DNA of 64,000 nt from Carcharhinus amblyrhynchos (taxonomy: Eukaryota): positions 15,872,001 to 15,936,000 of the forward strand of contig OZ336888.1 in the NCBI GenBank assembly GCA_965287045.1. The letters are read 5' to 3'. This document shows, one piece after another, positions 28,001 through 43,000 of the stretch; positions within the stretch are counted from its first letter, which is position 1; each line of letters starts with the position of its first letter. The notes beneath the pieces are model-generated. The model was not told where the DNA came from, ran no database searches, and worked only from the letters and a program-made list of their open reading frames with translations. A program made the translations under genes and the position numbers.

Positions 28001-31000
28001 GTATACCAACTGTTCCCGAGACAGCAATTACTGGTGAGTAGATCTCCTCACATATTATAACCTGATATTAATATTGAGCAATTTGTAATTTAATACTGTG
28101 CAGCATTTTCTCTGTTACCTTGAACTAGCACCAAATCGAATGATAGTAACTCCCATTGTTTCTGAAACTGTGAGTAATGATGGGTGTATTTGTTCACAAT
28201 GTCACAATAATGTTTCAGAACCTTGAATAATTAACTTTCGTAAGCAAACAACATTTAAATTTGTGAAATTTAACATTGTGCTGCTGAGAGGAGGTCTATG
28301 ATATTGTTATTCCTTCAGGCAACATGGCTGAGGAACTATTCTGAAGGGAAACCGCAGAATTTGAGTGAGGGAATTATTGCTGATCCACAATTATGGTTCA
28401 TGTTTGATCCTTACTGAGGTGCAAGCAATTCCTGGTTAAGAATTTGACTAAGATAATGATGCTTATAACTAAGTATTTCCTTGGAAATGAATTGCAGTAG
28501 TAGTGAATAAATACTCTGTCCAAAATTCTGTGCTGTTTCGGGATAACAATAACTGGAGGACCAACCACTTCAGAGACCACCGTCAGTGGTGAGTTTCAGT
28601 TTTATCATGCTCGGCACAGGAAATGAATTTGCATGCTTTGTGAACTAATATTGTTTGATGTTATCTCTGCTCCCTAGGACCAATGGCAATGACTGTGACA
28701 GGTACACTTCCTGTTTCTGAGGGCAGAATTACTGGTGAGCAGAGCTTCTTTCATATTATAACCTGCTGTTAGTTTTGTGCGAATTGTGATTTTTAACTCT
28801 GCCACAAGTCTGCAGAGTTGTTGGACCTGCAGGGCAGTCAGTCAGATTATTTCCGACACTGGGATTCACAATGAGTGAATGTATTCTCAGTGTCATATGA
28901 TGTTTGCGCTGCCAAGGTGACGCAGCTAAGGGACATGTTGTTGGTGCATCATTACAGTTCGCTGCAATTTCAGTCCTTGCAAATGCAATGGTATAAATGT
29001 ACACCAATTGTGTTGTTCCATCTTGCTTTAGGTAAGCATCCTATTGGTTGAATGTGCTTGTTTCTGCTTTGTACTGATATTCGATTCTGATGGGAAAACG
29101 GTCAACAGACCGTTAGTGATCGCTTTATTTCAATTTTTGTGCACATTTACTTCCCAGTGCAGGAACTGTAAACCATCATATTGGTGTTTTCCTTGCCCCA
29201 CTGCTAGTTGATGCATATTCATGTTGACTCTGACAGAGCTTTTCATTGAACAGAAATTGGAATAGTAAATGCTTCCTGATAAAGCAGATGTCTTGAATTT
29301 TCAAATATAATGTTATTGACTATGATTATTGATCAAAATGCAGGTTGGCACGATCTTGTGAATATGGATGGCAGCACATTTATAGTCAAATGGATAGTAA
29401 TGAGCAGAACTTTCCAATCTGTAATGAGCAATGGAAAATGCTGATGTTGACATTCTGAATTTGTGTTGTGGAAACGTATATTGAAATTTAAAGTCTGTCC
29501 ATTTGAATCATGCATTTGAATTTTGAAGTCCTAGGAAATTGCTGCCATTCAGTTTGGAAGTTGTATCCATTTATTTGCATAGATGTTGATGACTAAGGCA
29601 ACGATAGTTTGAGGAGTACAATAATGCTTGTTCAATTTGAGAATGAATAGTCAGGCTCAAAAGTATCCAATTTGTAGAATGCAGTGGCCAATGTAGTCTT
29701 TTGTTTTGAGACTGGAATATTATCATTGTAAATATAAAATTTCTTTACGGAAATACTGACTAAATAATTCCTTCCACATAAATGAAATCAAAGTGCAGAT
29801 TATCAGAAGAGTTATATGTTTCATTCTGAAATGCGATTTCGTTTTAGTGAGAATTTAAAAAGACATTTAGTTGTCTCAAAGATGAATTTTTTTTAACCTT
29901 TAAAACGGAGTTATCATCAGGAAACAACATCTCAAACTGGAGAAACTGAACTGACAGCAGGTCAATTATATTGTTATTCCTGCAGGTGACATGTCTGAGG
30001 AACTGCTCTGAAGGATCTCTTCAGAATTTGTTTCTTACTAAGGTGCAAGCAATTCCTTGTTGAGAATTTGACTAAGATAGGACCTGATTATTTCATTTTG
30101 ATTCTAAGCGCTGAATCTGAGAGTGTTCCAAATTTGACTTGTAAACCTGTTCTCAGGCAGCCCCAGAGAGTGATCTGACCTGCATCCCTCTTCCCCACCC
30201 CTCCAACCAGAGAGCGACCTGACCCAACTCCCTCCTTCCCCACCACCAGTGAGTGATCTGACCCGCCTCTCCCACTACCAGAGATCCATCTGACCTGCAT
30301 GCCTTGCCTTCCACCCACTAGAGATCCATCTGACCCATTTCCCTCCTTCCCCTCCACCAGAGATCGAATCTGACCCACTTTTCTCCTTCCCTTCCACCAG
30401 AGAGCATTCTGACCCGCCTGCCTTCTCCCATCCCATCCCCCTCCGCAACTGCTGATCTCAGTTAGGGAGCCGCTGGAAGCTCTGAACTTACCTCTTCAGA
30501 AGCTGGAGTGCCCGAAACAGACCTTTGCGGAAAATGTCTGTTTCACGCTGAATCTGGATGGCCGGGCACGATGGTGAAGGGGGAAATGCCAGTAAGTTTG
30601 GACATCCAATCCATTAAGTCAATTTAAATGCATGCAAATGCATTTCAATTGATGTTGTGCCTGTTTCAGGCACGGTGCCGATCATGGCCATTTTAGGCAC
30701 TTGGTAAAGGGGGAATGGGCACGGAGGCGGTCACAGATCAAGGTACTCGCCTCACGTCTGACATTACCAAGTTTTCATGCCTGAAAACAGGTGCAACTTG
30801 ATTGTAAAATCAGGCTCATAAGGATGCTGATATTGAACATTTTCTTGGAAATGAATTGCAGTAATAGTGGATAAATACTCTGGACCAATTTCTGTGTTGT
30901 TAAGGGCCAACAACAACTGCAGGAACTGGAGGATCAACAACTTCAGAGATCACCGTCAGTGGTGAGTTTCGGTTTTATCATAATTGCCACATCAAATTAA

Positions 31001-34000
31001 CTTGTCTGCTTCGTGGACTAATGTTGTTTCACATAATCTCTGCTCCTTAGGGCCAATGGCAATGACTGTAACAGGGACATTCCCTGTTTCTGAGAGCAGA
31101 ATTACTGGTGAGCAGACCTTCTTTCATGTTATAAGCTGCTGTTAGTTTTGTGCTATTTGTGATTTTTAACTCTGCCACAGTTCTGCAGTTAGACTAGACC
31201 TGCACCAAGTAGCAGGGCAGTCACTATGAAAGTTTCTGAAACTTTGATTGACAGTGATTGAATGTATTCTCTGTGTCATGTGATGCTTGTGATGCCAAGG
31301 TGTCCCAGGCAAGGGACATGTTGTTGGTGCATCATTGCAGTTCACTGTATTTTCAGTCCACTCAGATGGAAGGGTTTGAATGTGTATCAGTTGAGTTGTT
31401 CCATGTTGCTTTTGGTCAGCATCTTGTTTTTGCTTTGTCCTGATGGTAAAATGACCAACAGATAGGAATGAGTGATTGCTTTATTTCAGTTTTTGTACAC
31501 ACTTGCTTCTCAGTGCAGAAACTGTAAACTCATGCATGTCGGTGTTTTACCTGTCTCAGTGCTAATTGATGCATATTCATGTTGAGACTGACGGCGCTCT
31601 TCATTGAACAGAAATTTGAATAGTGCATGCAACCTGATACAGTAGATGTCTTGCATTATCAATTATAATGTTTGGAAGAGGACAATGTTATTGAATATAA
31701 TTATTAATCATAATGTAGGTTGTGTCCATGAAGTCTGCATGAGACCATAAATGGCAGCATTTCTGAATTTAATAAGATACTAATAAGACAGACTGTCCAA
31801 ACTTTAATGAACACTGGTAGATCCTGGTTTTGACATTCTGCATTTCTGTTTTGGAAGCGTATATTGCAATTTAAAATTTAACATATTTTCATTTGCATTT
31901 TGAGGAGCTAGGATTTTGGTGCTGTTGATTTTAGATTGCTAAATGCATTTATACGCATGAGTGATGATTGGTAAATATCAGGGGATTTAAGGTATACAGT
32001 AATGCATGGTTAGACCGAAAAGCCGGATGGAAAGCACCTCATTTGTTTATTTGCAGAATGATGCAGTCTTTTATTTTGATCCGACAGTATGATATACCTT
32101 GCTGGTGAAATTGAGATGCAGACAGACAGACATAATTATTCCTTCCAACGGAATAAATTCAAAACAGTAATTTCAATACCAGAGTGAATTCCTGATCGGA
32201 AATGCAGTTGTCCAGTGGGATTTTTGAATGATACCCTTTATTCTTTGGAAAACAAATGATTTAGTCAGCTTTAAAATTTAACTTTTACTGGCAAATAACA
32301 TCCAAATCATTTTGAGAAAATTTAATGCCACATTTGCTGACTCCATGTTGAATGTTTTGTAATTACCTGAAGAGTAGCTGGTTTTTGAAGGCAACTTATT
32401 CGAGGAACTGTTCTGAATGGTGAGCGCTGCATGTATGGATGGGAATGATTAATTTTATAGTTTGTGTGTGGATATCTTCCTTTTTCCTTCGCAATGTGGA
32501 ACCATTTGTCACTTGAGGCTTTGAATGACATAATGATGCTAAGATGAATAAAATATTTTGGGAAGCCATTTCAGCGGTAACAAATGAGTATTCTGTACAA
32601 ATTCTACTTCTCTTTAGGACCAACACCATTCCCAGGAACTGGAAGACCGACAACTTCAGAGACTACCATCAGGGGTGAGTCTTGTTTTTAGCATCCTCGT
32701 CACCTGAAATTAATTCATTTCAATGGTAGATTAATATTGTTAAATTTTTGTTCCACTACATAGGGCCAACAGCAATGACTCCATCAGGTGTACCAACTGT
32801 TCCCGAGACAGCAATTACTGGTGAGTAGATCTCCTTACACATTATAACCTGATATTCATGCTGAATGATTTGTAATTTAGTACTGTGCAGCATTTTTTCG
32901 TTGGACCAGCAGCAACCAGGATGATAGTAACTCCCATTGTTTCTGAAACAAGGAATAATGAGGGGAGCATTCATTCACACTGTCACAATAATATTTCAGA
33001 ACCTTGAATAATTAACTTTGGCAAACAAACAACATTTGAAATTTGTGAAATTTAACACTGTGTTTGCTGCGAGCAGTTCAATTATTTTGTTATTCCTACA
33101 GGCAGTGTACCTGAGGAACTGTTCTGAAGGGAAGCCTCAGAATTTGAGTGACGGAATTATTTCTGATATTCTAGATTATTTAGGGATCTTGTTTGTTCCT
33201 CCTGAGTTGCAAGCGATTTCTAGTTCATAATTTGTCCGAGTTAATGATGCTTATAATTAAACATTTCCTTGGAAATGAATTGCTGTAGTAGTGAATAAAT
33301 ACACTGTCCAAATTTCTGTGCTGTTTAGGGCCAACAACAGCTGCGGGAACTGGAGGACCAACGACGTCAGAGACCACCATCAGTGGTGAGTTTTGGTTTT
33401 ATCGTACTCACCACATCCAATTCATTTGTGTGCTTCGTGGACTAATCTTGTTTCATATTGTCCCTGCTCCCTAGGGCCAATGGCAATGACTGTGACAGGT
33501 ACACTTCCTGTTTCTGAGAGCAGAATTACTGGTGAGCAGAGCTTTTTCATGCTATAAGATGCTGTTAGTTTTGTGCTATTTGTGATTTTTATCTCTTCCA
33601 CATGCCTGCAGTTACATTGGCCAACAAAAGCTGCAAGACAGTCACTCAGATTGTTTCCGACACTTGGGGCCCAATTTTACCATTTTCATTCTGAGTGCTA
33701 AATCTGGGCATAATGCAGATCCGACTTAGAAATATGCTTTCAGGTGCCCCCACACTCACTCAGCCTGAAAAAAAATCTCTAGTCCAAATCACGCTGTGGG
33801 CGGGGCTTAACGCAGTTGAAATGATTGGAGCTCTGAACTGTGCATGCGCAGTTAGAAAAAAACTTGAAAAAGCGAGCCCGTATCAGATCACTCCCGAGCT
33901 GCTGAAAGCAGAGAAAGTGGCCTGGGAGCGACAAGCAGGAGTGATGGCCTCCACAGCCATCACTTACCCTAACCCCCTACTACCCACACGCAGGGCTGTC

Positions 34001-37000
34001 CCCCTTATCCAACCCCCCACTACCCACAGACAGCACTGTCTCCTTTATTCACTCCCCCACTACCCACATATATCGCTGTCCCCCTTATCCACTATCCCAT
34101 TATCCACACACATCACTGTCCCACTTATCCACCCCCCCCCTCCCGCCACCAACACATATCATGGTCCCCCTTATCCACCCCCTGCACTACCCACACACAT
34201 CACTGACCTCATTATCCACCCCCCCCCACCATCCAGACTGATTGCCATCCCTGACCCCCTTCCCCCGCACTGCAGAATGGCAGTGGAACCCCAGCCCCAC
34301 TTTCGTGTCCCCACCAGAGAGATTTCTACCCCCCACCAGACATCCATCTACCTTACTCCCCCCACCAGAGATCCTTCTGCCTCACCCCCCCGCCAGAGAT
34401 CCATCTGTACCCCTCCCAACTGAGATACATGTTACCCGTGTCTCGCTCCACCCCCGACAATGATCTGGCCTCACATCCCCCCTCAGAGAATGGTCTGGCC
34501 TCACTCACCACCCCAAGCCCCCCAGAGGAGAGCATCTGACCCGTCTCCTACTCCTACTCACCAGGCAACAATCAGCTGTCCGCTTTCTGCCCCCCCAACA
34601 GAGATACATTTGACCCGCTTCTGCCTCCCCCTCCTCCTCCCCCTCCACTGCTAATTGATGCATATTCATGTTGACACTGACAGAGCTTTTCATTGAACGG
34701 AAATTGGAATATTAAGTGCGACCTGATAGAGTAGATGTCTTGCATGTTCAATTATAAAGCTTGGATGAGAATAGTGTTATTGGATATGATTATTGATTAT
34801 GATGTAAGTTGTGTCCGTGAAGTCCGCTTGAGACCATGAATGGCAGCATTCATGAATTTAAAAAGATAGTAATAAGGCTGACTGTCCAAACTTTAATGAG
34901 TACTGGAAAATCCTGGTTTTGACATTCTGCATTGCTGTTTTGGAAGCTTTTGTTGAAATTTAAAATTTGACGTATTTGCATTTTGAAGAGATAAGAGTTT
35001 AGCTGCTATTGATTTTAGATTGCTAAATGCTTTTATTCCAACAAATGATGATTGATAAGGCATCAGGAAATTTGAGATGTACAATAATGCATGGTTTGCC
35101 TGTGACCGAAAGTCCTACTGGAAAGCACCTCATTTGTTGACTTGCAGAATGACAGTCTTTTATTTTATTCGGCAGTGTGAGAGATCTTACTGGTGAAATT
35201 TATATGCAGACAGACATGTAATTATTCTTCCACAGAATAAATTCAAAGCAGGAAATTACAATATCATAATGATTTCTTGATCAGAGATTCCACTTGTTCA
35301 GTGGGATTTTTGAATGACAAACTTTATTCTTTAGGAAATAAAACAATTTAGTCAGCTATAAAATTTAACTTGTACTGGCAAATAACATCCAAATCATTTC
35401 GAAAAAATTTAATGCCACATTTGCCGTTTCTGTGTTGAATTGTTTGTAATTGCCTGAAAAGTAGCCGTACTTTGACGGGCAACTTTGTTGAGGAACTGTT
35501 CTGAATGGTAAGCACTACATTTGTGGAAGGGAATGATTAATTTTGGAGTTTGCATATGGATATTTTCCTTTTTCCTTATCAAGGTGGAACGATTTGCCAC
35601 TTGAGGCTTTGACTAACATAATGATGTGAAGATGAATAAAAAATCTTGGGAATCAATTGCAGCAGTAATACGTAAATATTCTGTACAAATTCCACTTTTC
35701 TTTAGGGCCAACACCATTGATAGGAACTGGAAGACCTACAACTTCAGAAACTACAGTCAGTGGTGAGTATTGTTTGTGCATCCTCATCCCCTGCAATTAA
35801 TTTATTTGTTTGATAGATTAATATTGTTTCAAATTTGCTCAATTTCATAGGGCCAACAGCAATGACTCCACCAGGTGTACCAACTGTTCCTGTGACAGCA
35901 ATTACTGTTGAGAAGATCTCCTTACGCATGAAACCTGGTATTAATTTCAAGCAATTTGTAATTTAATACTCTACAGCACTTTTCCTGTTACTTTAGGCCA
36001 GCACCGACTAGGACGATAGTAACTCCACTTGTTTCTGAAACAAGGAATAATGATAGGTGCATTCATTCACATTGTCATAATAATATTTCAGAACCTTGAA
36101 TAATTAGCTTTCACAAACAAACAACATTTGAAACTTGTGAAATTTAACATTGTGTTACTGAGAGCAGGTCAATGATAGTGTTATTCCTTCTGGCAACCTG
36201 GCTAGGGATCTGTTCTGAAGGGAAACCTCAGAATTTGAGTGAGGGAATTATTGCTGATCTGCGAGATAGTTTATGGGTCACGTTTGATTCTTGTTGAGGT
36301 GCAAGCAATTCCTGGGTTAAGAATTTGACTAAGATAATGCTCCTAACTATACATTTCCTTGGAAATGAATTATAGTCGTGGTGAATAAATACTCTGCCCA
36401 AATTTCTGTGCTGTTTAGGGCCAGTAACAACTGCAGGAACTAGTGGACCAACCACTTCAGAGACTACCATCAGTGGTGAGTTTCGGTTTTATCATACCTG
36501 CCACGTTAAATTAATTTGTGTGCTTCGTGGACTAATGTTGTTTCATCTTATCTCTGCTCCCTAGGCCCAGTGGCAATGACTGTGACAGGTACGCTCCCTG
36601 TTTCTGAGAGCAGAATTACTGGTGAGCAGAGCTTCTTTAATGTTATAAGCTGCTGTTAGTTTTGTGCTATTTATGATTTTTAATTTGACCTTACGTCTAC
36701 AGTTAGATTGGACCTGCACCACGTAGCAGGGCAGTCACTCAGATTGTTTCTGAAACTGTTATTAAGAATGAATGAATGTATTCTCATGTTTGCGATGCCA
36801 AGATATCCCAGGCAAGGGACATGTTGTTGGTGCGTCATTGCAGTTCACTGTATTTTCAGTCCATTCAAATGAAAGGGTTTGAATGTGTACCAGTTGATTT
36901 GTTCCCTATTGCTTTTGGTAAACATCTTCTTGTTTGAATGTGCTTATTTTTGCTTTGTGTTGATGGTAAAATGGTGAACAGAAAAGAATGAGTGATTGCT

Positions 37001-40000
37001 TTATTTCAGTTTCTGTTCACAGTTGCTTCTCAGTGCAGAAGCTGTAAGGACATGCATGTTGGTGTTTTCACTTGTCTCACTGCTAATTGGTGTATTTTCA
37101 AATTTACACTGTCAGCAGTTTTCATTGAATGGAAATGGGAACAGTAAATGCTACCTGATAGAATAGATGTCTTGCATTATCAATTATAACGTTTGAAAGA
37201 GTGTTATTAAATGTGATTATTGATCATGATGTAGGTTTGTGACGTGTCTGTGGAGTGCACTTGAGATCATGAATGGCAGCATTTATGATTTTGAAAAGAT
37301 AGAAATAAGGCAGACTGTCCAAATTTTAATGAGCACTGGAAGATCCTGATTTTGACATTTTGCATTGCTGTTTTGGAAGCGTAGATTGAAGTTTAAAATT
37401 TGACCTATTTACATTTGCAATGTGAAGAGCTTGGATTTTGGTGCTATTGATTTTAGATCACTAAATCAATTTATTGGTATGAATGATTATTGATAAGACA
37501 TCAGCAGATTTGAGATGTACAATAATGTATGGTTTGTCTGTGACTGAAAGGCCTACTGGAAAGCACCTTGTATATTGACTTGCAGAATGACATAGCCTTT
37601 TATATTGACTCAGCAGTATGATAGACCTTGCCGGTGAAATTTATATGCAGACAGACAGACATAATTATTCCTTCCAACAGAATAAATTCAAAGCAGTAAA
37701 TTTCAATATAGTAAAAAAATTCCTGATTGGAAATGCCAGTTGTTGAGTCGGATTTTAGAATGACACCCTTTATCCTTTGGAAAACAAATGATTTAGTCAG
37801 CTTTAAAATTTAACTTTTACTGGCAAATAACATCCAAATCATTTTGAGAAAATTTGGTGCCACATTTGCTGACTCCGTGTTGAATTTTTTGTAATTGCCT
37901 GAAAAGAGGCTCGTTTTTGCAGGCAACTTGGTCGAGATCTGTAAGTGCTACATTTGTGGAAGGGAATATTTAATTTTATAATTTGCACATGGATAATTTC
38001 CTTTATCCTTCGCAATATGGAACCATTTGCCCCTTGAGGCTTTGACTCACATAATGATGCTAAGTTGAAGAAAAAGTCTTGCGAAACAATTGCAGAAGTG
38101 ATGAATAAATATTCTGTACAAATTGTGCTTTTCTTTAGGTCCGACACCATTCACTGGAACTGGAAGACCGACAACTTCAGAGGCTACCATCAGTGGTGAG
38201 TATTGTTTTTAGCATCCTCGTCACCTGAAATTAATTCATTTTACTGGTAGATTAATATTGTTACATTTTTGTTCCACTATATAGGGACAACAGCAATGAC
38301 TCCATCAGGTGTACCAACTGTTCCTGAGACAGCAATTACTGGTGAGTAGATCTCCTTACACATTATAACCTGATATTCATGTTGAACAATTTTTTAATTT
38401 AATACTGTGCAGCATTTTTTCTGTTACGTTGGACCAGCACCAACTAGGATGATAGTAACTCCCATTGTTTCTGAAACGACAAATGATGAGGGATGCATTC
38501 ATTCACACTGTCACAATAATATTTCAGATTCTTGAATACTTAGCTTTGGTAAGCAAACAACATTTGAAACTTGTGAAATTTAACATTGTGTTTGCTGAGA
38601 GCAGTTCAATTATTTTGTTATTTCTACAGGCAACATGCCTAGCAACTGTTCTGAAGGGAAGCCTCAGAACCTGAGTGAGGGAAATTATTGCTGATATTCT
38701 AGATTATTTACGGATCTTGTTTGTTCCTCCTGAATTGCAATCAATTCCTAGTTCATAATTTGTCTGAGTTAATGATGCTTATAATTAAACATTTCCTTGG
38801 AAGTGAATTACAATAGTAGTGAATAAATACACTGTCCAAATTTCTGTGCTGTTTAGGGCCAACAACAGCTGCGGGAACTGGAGGGCCAACAACTTCAGAG
38901 ACCACCGTCAGTGGTGAGTTTCGGTTTTATCGTACTCACCACATCCAATTAATTTGTGTGCTTCATGGACTAATGTTGTTTCATATTGTCTCTGCTCTCT
39001 AGGGCCAATGGCAATGACTGTGACTGGTACACTTCCTGTTTCTGAGAGCAGAATTCCTGGTGAGCAGAGCTTTTTCATGCTTTAAGATGCTGTTAGTTTT
39101 GTGCTATTTGTGATTTTCAACTCTTCCACACATCTGCAGTTACATTGGCCAACAAAAGCTGCAAGACAGTCACTCAGATTGTTTCCGACACTTGGGGAAC
39201 AATGCCGACACTCACCGCTCCCCCCACCACATTCCAAGCAATCCCGCCTCCTCCTCCCTCCCAACCAGACAACAATCAGCCCTCCCTCTGCCACCCCCAG
39301 TAGAGATACATCTGACCTGCCTCCACCTCTTTTTCCTCCTCCCCAATCAGACAACAATCTGGCCTCACTCCCCTGCCCCCCCGAACCAGGGAATGATCAG
39401 GCCTGCATTCCCACCCGCGCCGCGCCCCCCCCCCCCCCCCCCCCCCATTGCTCTGAGTCAGAGAGCTGTTGGAAGCTCGGAATGTGCTCTTCAGCAGCTG
39501 GAACGCCCGATTCAGACTTTTATTTTGCAGGTCCATTATGGTGCGGTTCCGGATTGGCAAACATGGTATGTTAAGGGGGGATTGCTGATAAAGTTGGGTG
39601 GGCAAGGTCATTAATTCAATTTAAATGCATGCAAAACAAATTGCCGCCATTCCTGGGTTTTGGTAAAGTGGCAATCTGTGCAGTCGCGGTTATGGATCAC
39701 GTTAATGGCCTCAACACGCGACTTTACCATGTTTTCATGCCCGAAAGTGGGTGCGACACAATGGTAAAATCAGGCCCTTGGATTCACACTGAGCAAATGT
39801 ATTCTCAGTGTAATATGATTTTTGCACTGCCAATGTGACCCAGCGATGGGCCATGTTGTCGGTGCATCATTGCAGTTTGCTGTATTTTCAGTCTATTCAG
39901 ATGCAATGGTATAAATGTGCACCAGTTGAGTTGTTCCATATTGCTTTAAGTAAGCATCTTATTGGTTGAACGTGCTTGTTTGTGCTTTGTACAGATAATA

Positions 40001-43000
40001 GTTTCTGATGGGAAAATGATCAATAGATAGGAATTAGTGACTGCTTTATTTCAGTATTTGTACACATTTACTTCTCAATGCAGAATCCGTAAACAGATGT
40101 ATGTTGGTGTTTCACTTGCCTCACTGCTTACTGAAGCATATTCATTTTGACTCTGACAGAGTTTTTCATCGAATGGAAATTGGATTAATAAATGCTTCCT
40201 GATAAAGTAGACATCCTGAATTATCAATTTTTACGTTTAGAAGAGGACATTGTTATTGAATCTGATTATTGATCATAATGCCGGCTGACTCGATCTTGTG
40301 ATATGAATGGCAATATATTTGTATTCAGATGGATAGCAATGAGCAAAACTGTCCAACTTGTAATGAGCAATGGAAAATCTTGGTGTTGACATTCTGAATT
40401 TGTGTTTTGGAAGTGTATATTGAAATTCGGAGTCTGTCCATTTGAATCATGCATTTGAATTTTGAAGACCTAGGAAATAGCTGTCATTCAGTTTGGAAGC
40501 TATATCCATTTGTTTACATGGATGATGATGGGTAAGGCTACTCATGCTTTGATGAGCAAGATAATGCTTGTTCATTCTGGGAGTGAAGAGTCAGGTTCAA
40601 AAGTATCCAATTTGAAGAATGCTGTGGTCAATGTAAATTTTTGTTTTGACACTGGAATATTATCATCCTTAAAAATAAAATCTCTTTACAGAAATACAGA
40701 CCAAATAATTCCTTCCACACAAGTGAAAGCAAAGTGCAGATTATCGGGAGATTTATATGTTATTGTTCTGAAATGCGATTTTTTTTTAGTGAGATTTTAA
40801 AAACACGTTGGATTGTTTCGAAGATGAATCTTTTCTTTTAGCTTTAAAAATGAGCTATTATCAGCAAACAACATCTCAAACTTGTGGAGAAACTTAATGT
40901 TTTGGCTGACAGCAGGTCAATTATATTGTTACTCCTGCAGGCAACATGTTTGAGGAACTGCTTTAAAGGGATTCCTCAGAATTTCATGTGAAAGAATTAT
41001 TGCTGATATTCAGGAGTGGTTATGCATCTTCTTTATTTCTTAGTCAGGTGCAAGGAATTCCTTATCAGGAATTTGACTAACATGCTGATGCTTATGACTA
41101 AACATTTACTTGGAGATGAATTGCCAAAGTACTGAATAAATACTCTGTCCAAATTTCTGTGCTGTTTAGGGCCAACGACCACTGCAGGAACTGGAGGACC
41201 AACAACTTCAGAAACCACTGTCAGTGGTGAGTTTTGGTTTTATTGTACTCGTCACATCAAATTACTTTGTGTGCTTCGTGGACTAATGTTGTTTCATATT
41301 ATCTCTGCTCCCAAGGGCCAATGGCAATGACTGTGACAGGTACACTTCCTGTTTCTGAAAGCAGAATTACTGGTGAGCAAAGCTTCATCATGCTATAAGT
41401 TGCTGTTAATCTTCTGCTATTTCTGATTTTTTAACTGTTCCATATGTCTGTGGTTACATTGGACGAACACTAGCTTGCAGGACAATCACTCAAATGGTTT
41501 CCAAAACTGGGATTAACAATGAGTGAATATATTCTTCGTGTCATACAATGTTGGCATTTCCAAATTGACCCAGCTAAGGGACATGTTGTTGGCGCATCAT
41601 TGCAAGTTCACTATATTTTCATTCCATTCAGATAGAAGGATTTGAATGTGTGTCATTTGAGTTGTTCCACATTGCGTTTGGTATGCATCTTCTTGGTTGA
41701 ATGTGCTTGTTTCTGCTTTGTTCTGATTATAGTTTTTGGAGGGTAAATGGACCACAGATAGGAATTAGAGATTGCTTCATTTCAGTTTTTGTTCACATTT
41801 ACTTCTCAGTGCAGCAATTGTAAACACATGTATGTTGGTGTTTACTTGCCTCACTGCAAATTGATGCACATTCATGTTGACACTGACAGAGCTTTTCACT
41901 GAATGGAAAGTGGAATATTAAGTGCTACCTGATAGAGTCGATGTCTTGCATTATCAATTATAACATTTGGATGAGGAAAGTGTTACTGGATATGATTATT
42001 GATTATGATGCAGGTTGTGTCCGTGAAGTCCGCTTGAGACCATGAATGGCAGAATTTATGAATTTAAAAAGATAGTAAATAATAAGGCAGACTGTCCAAA
42101 CTTTAATGAACACTGGAAGATCCTGGTTTTGACCTAATGCATTGCTGTTTTGGAAGCATATATTGAAATTTAAAATTTAACATATTTTCATTTGCATTTT
42201 GAAGAGCTCGGAGTTTGGTGCTATTGATTTTAGATCGCTAAATGCATTTATTCACATGAATGATCATTGCTAAGGCATCTGGAGATTTGAGATGTACAAT
42301 CATGCATGGTTTATCAGTGACCAAAAAGCCTACTGGAAAGCCCTTATTTGTAGCCTTGCAGAATGACAGAACCTTTTATTTTGATTTGGCAGTATGATAG
42401 ACCTTGCTGGTGAAATTTATGTGCAGATGGACAGACATAATTACTCCTTCCAGCAGAATAAATTCAAAGCAGTAAATTTCAATATCACAATGAATTCCTG
42501 ATCAGAAATGCCACTTGTTCAGTGGATTTTTGAAAGACACACTTTATTCTTTGGAAAACAAAGATTTAATCAGCTTTGAAATTTCACTTTTACTGGCAAA
42601 TAACATCCAAATCATTTTGAGAAAATTTAGTGCTAGATTTGCTGACTTCATGTTGAATTTCTTGTGATTACCTGAAAAGTAGCTGGTTTTTGAAGGCAAC
42701 TTGATCGAGGAACTGTTCTGAATGATAAGCGCTGCATTTGTGGAAGGGAATGATTAACTTTGTAGTTAGTGAATGGATATTTTCCTTTTTCCTTCCCAAT
42801 GTGGAACCATTTGCCGCTTGAGGCTTTGAATGACATAATGATTTTAAGATGAAGAAAAAATCTTGGGAAACAATTGCAGCCGGAATGAATAAATATTCTG
42901 TACAAATTCTGCTTCTCTTTAGGGCCGACACCATTCAGAGTAACTGGAAGACCTACAACTTCAGAGACTACCGTCAGTGGTGGGTATTGTTTTTGGCATC

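Noticed and set aside
33695-34423. 242-aa Pro-rich ORF
   Set aside because: It runs through a C-rich minisatellite inside a TIR element; low stop density explains it and no domain is recognisable.
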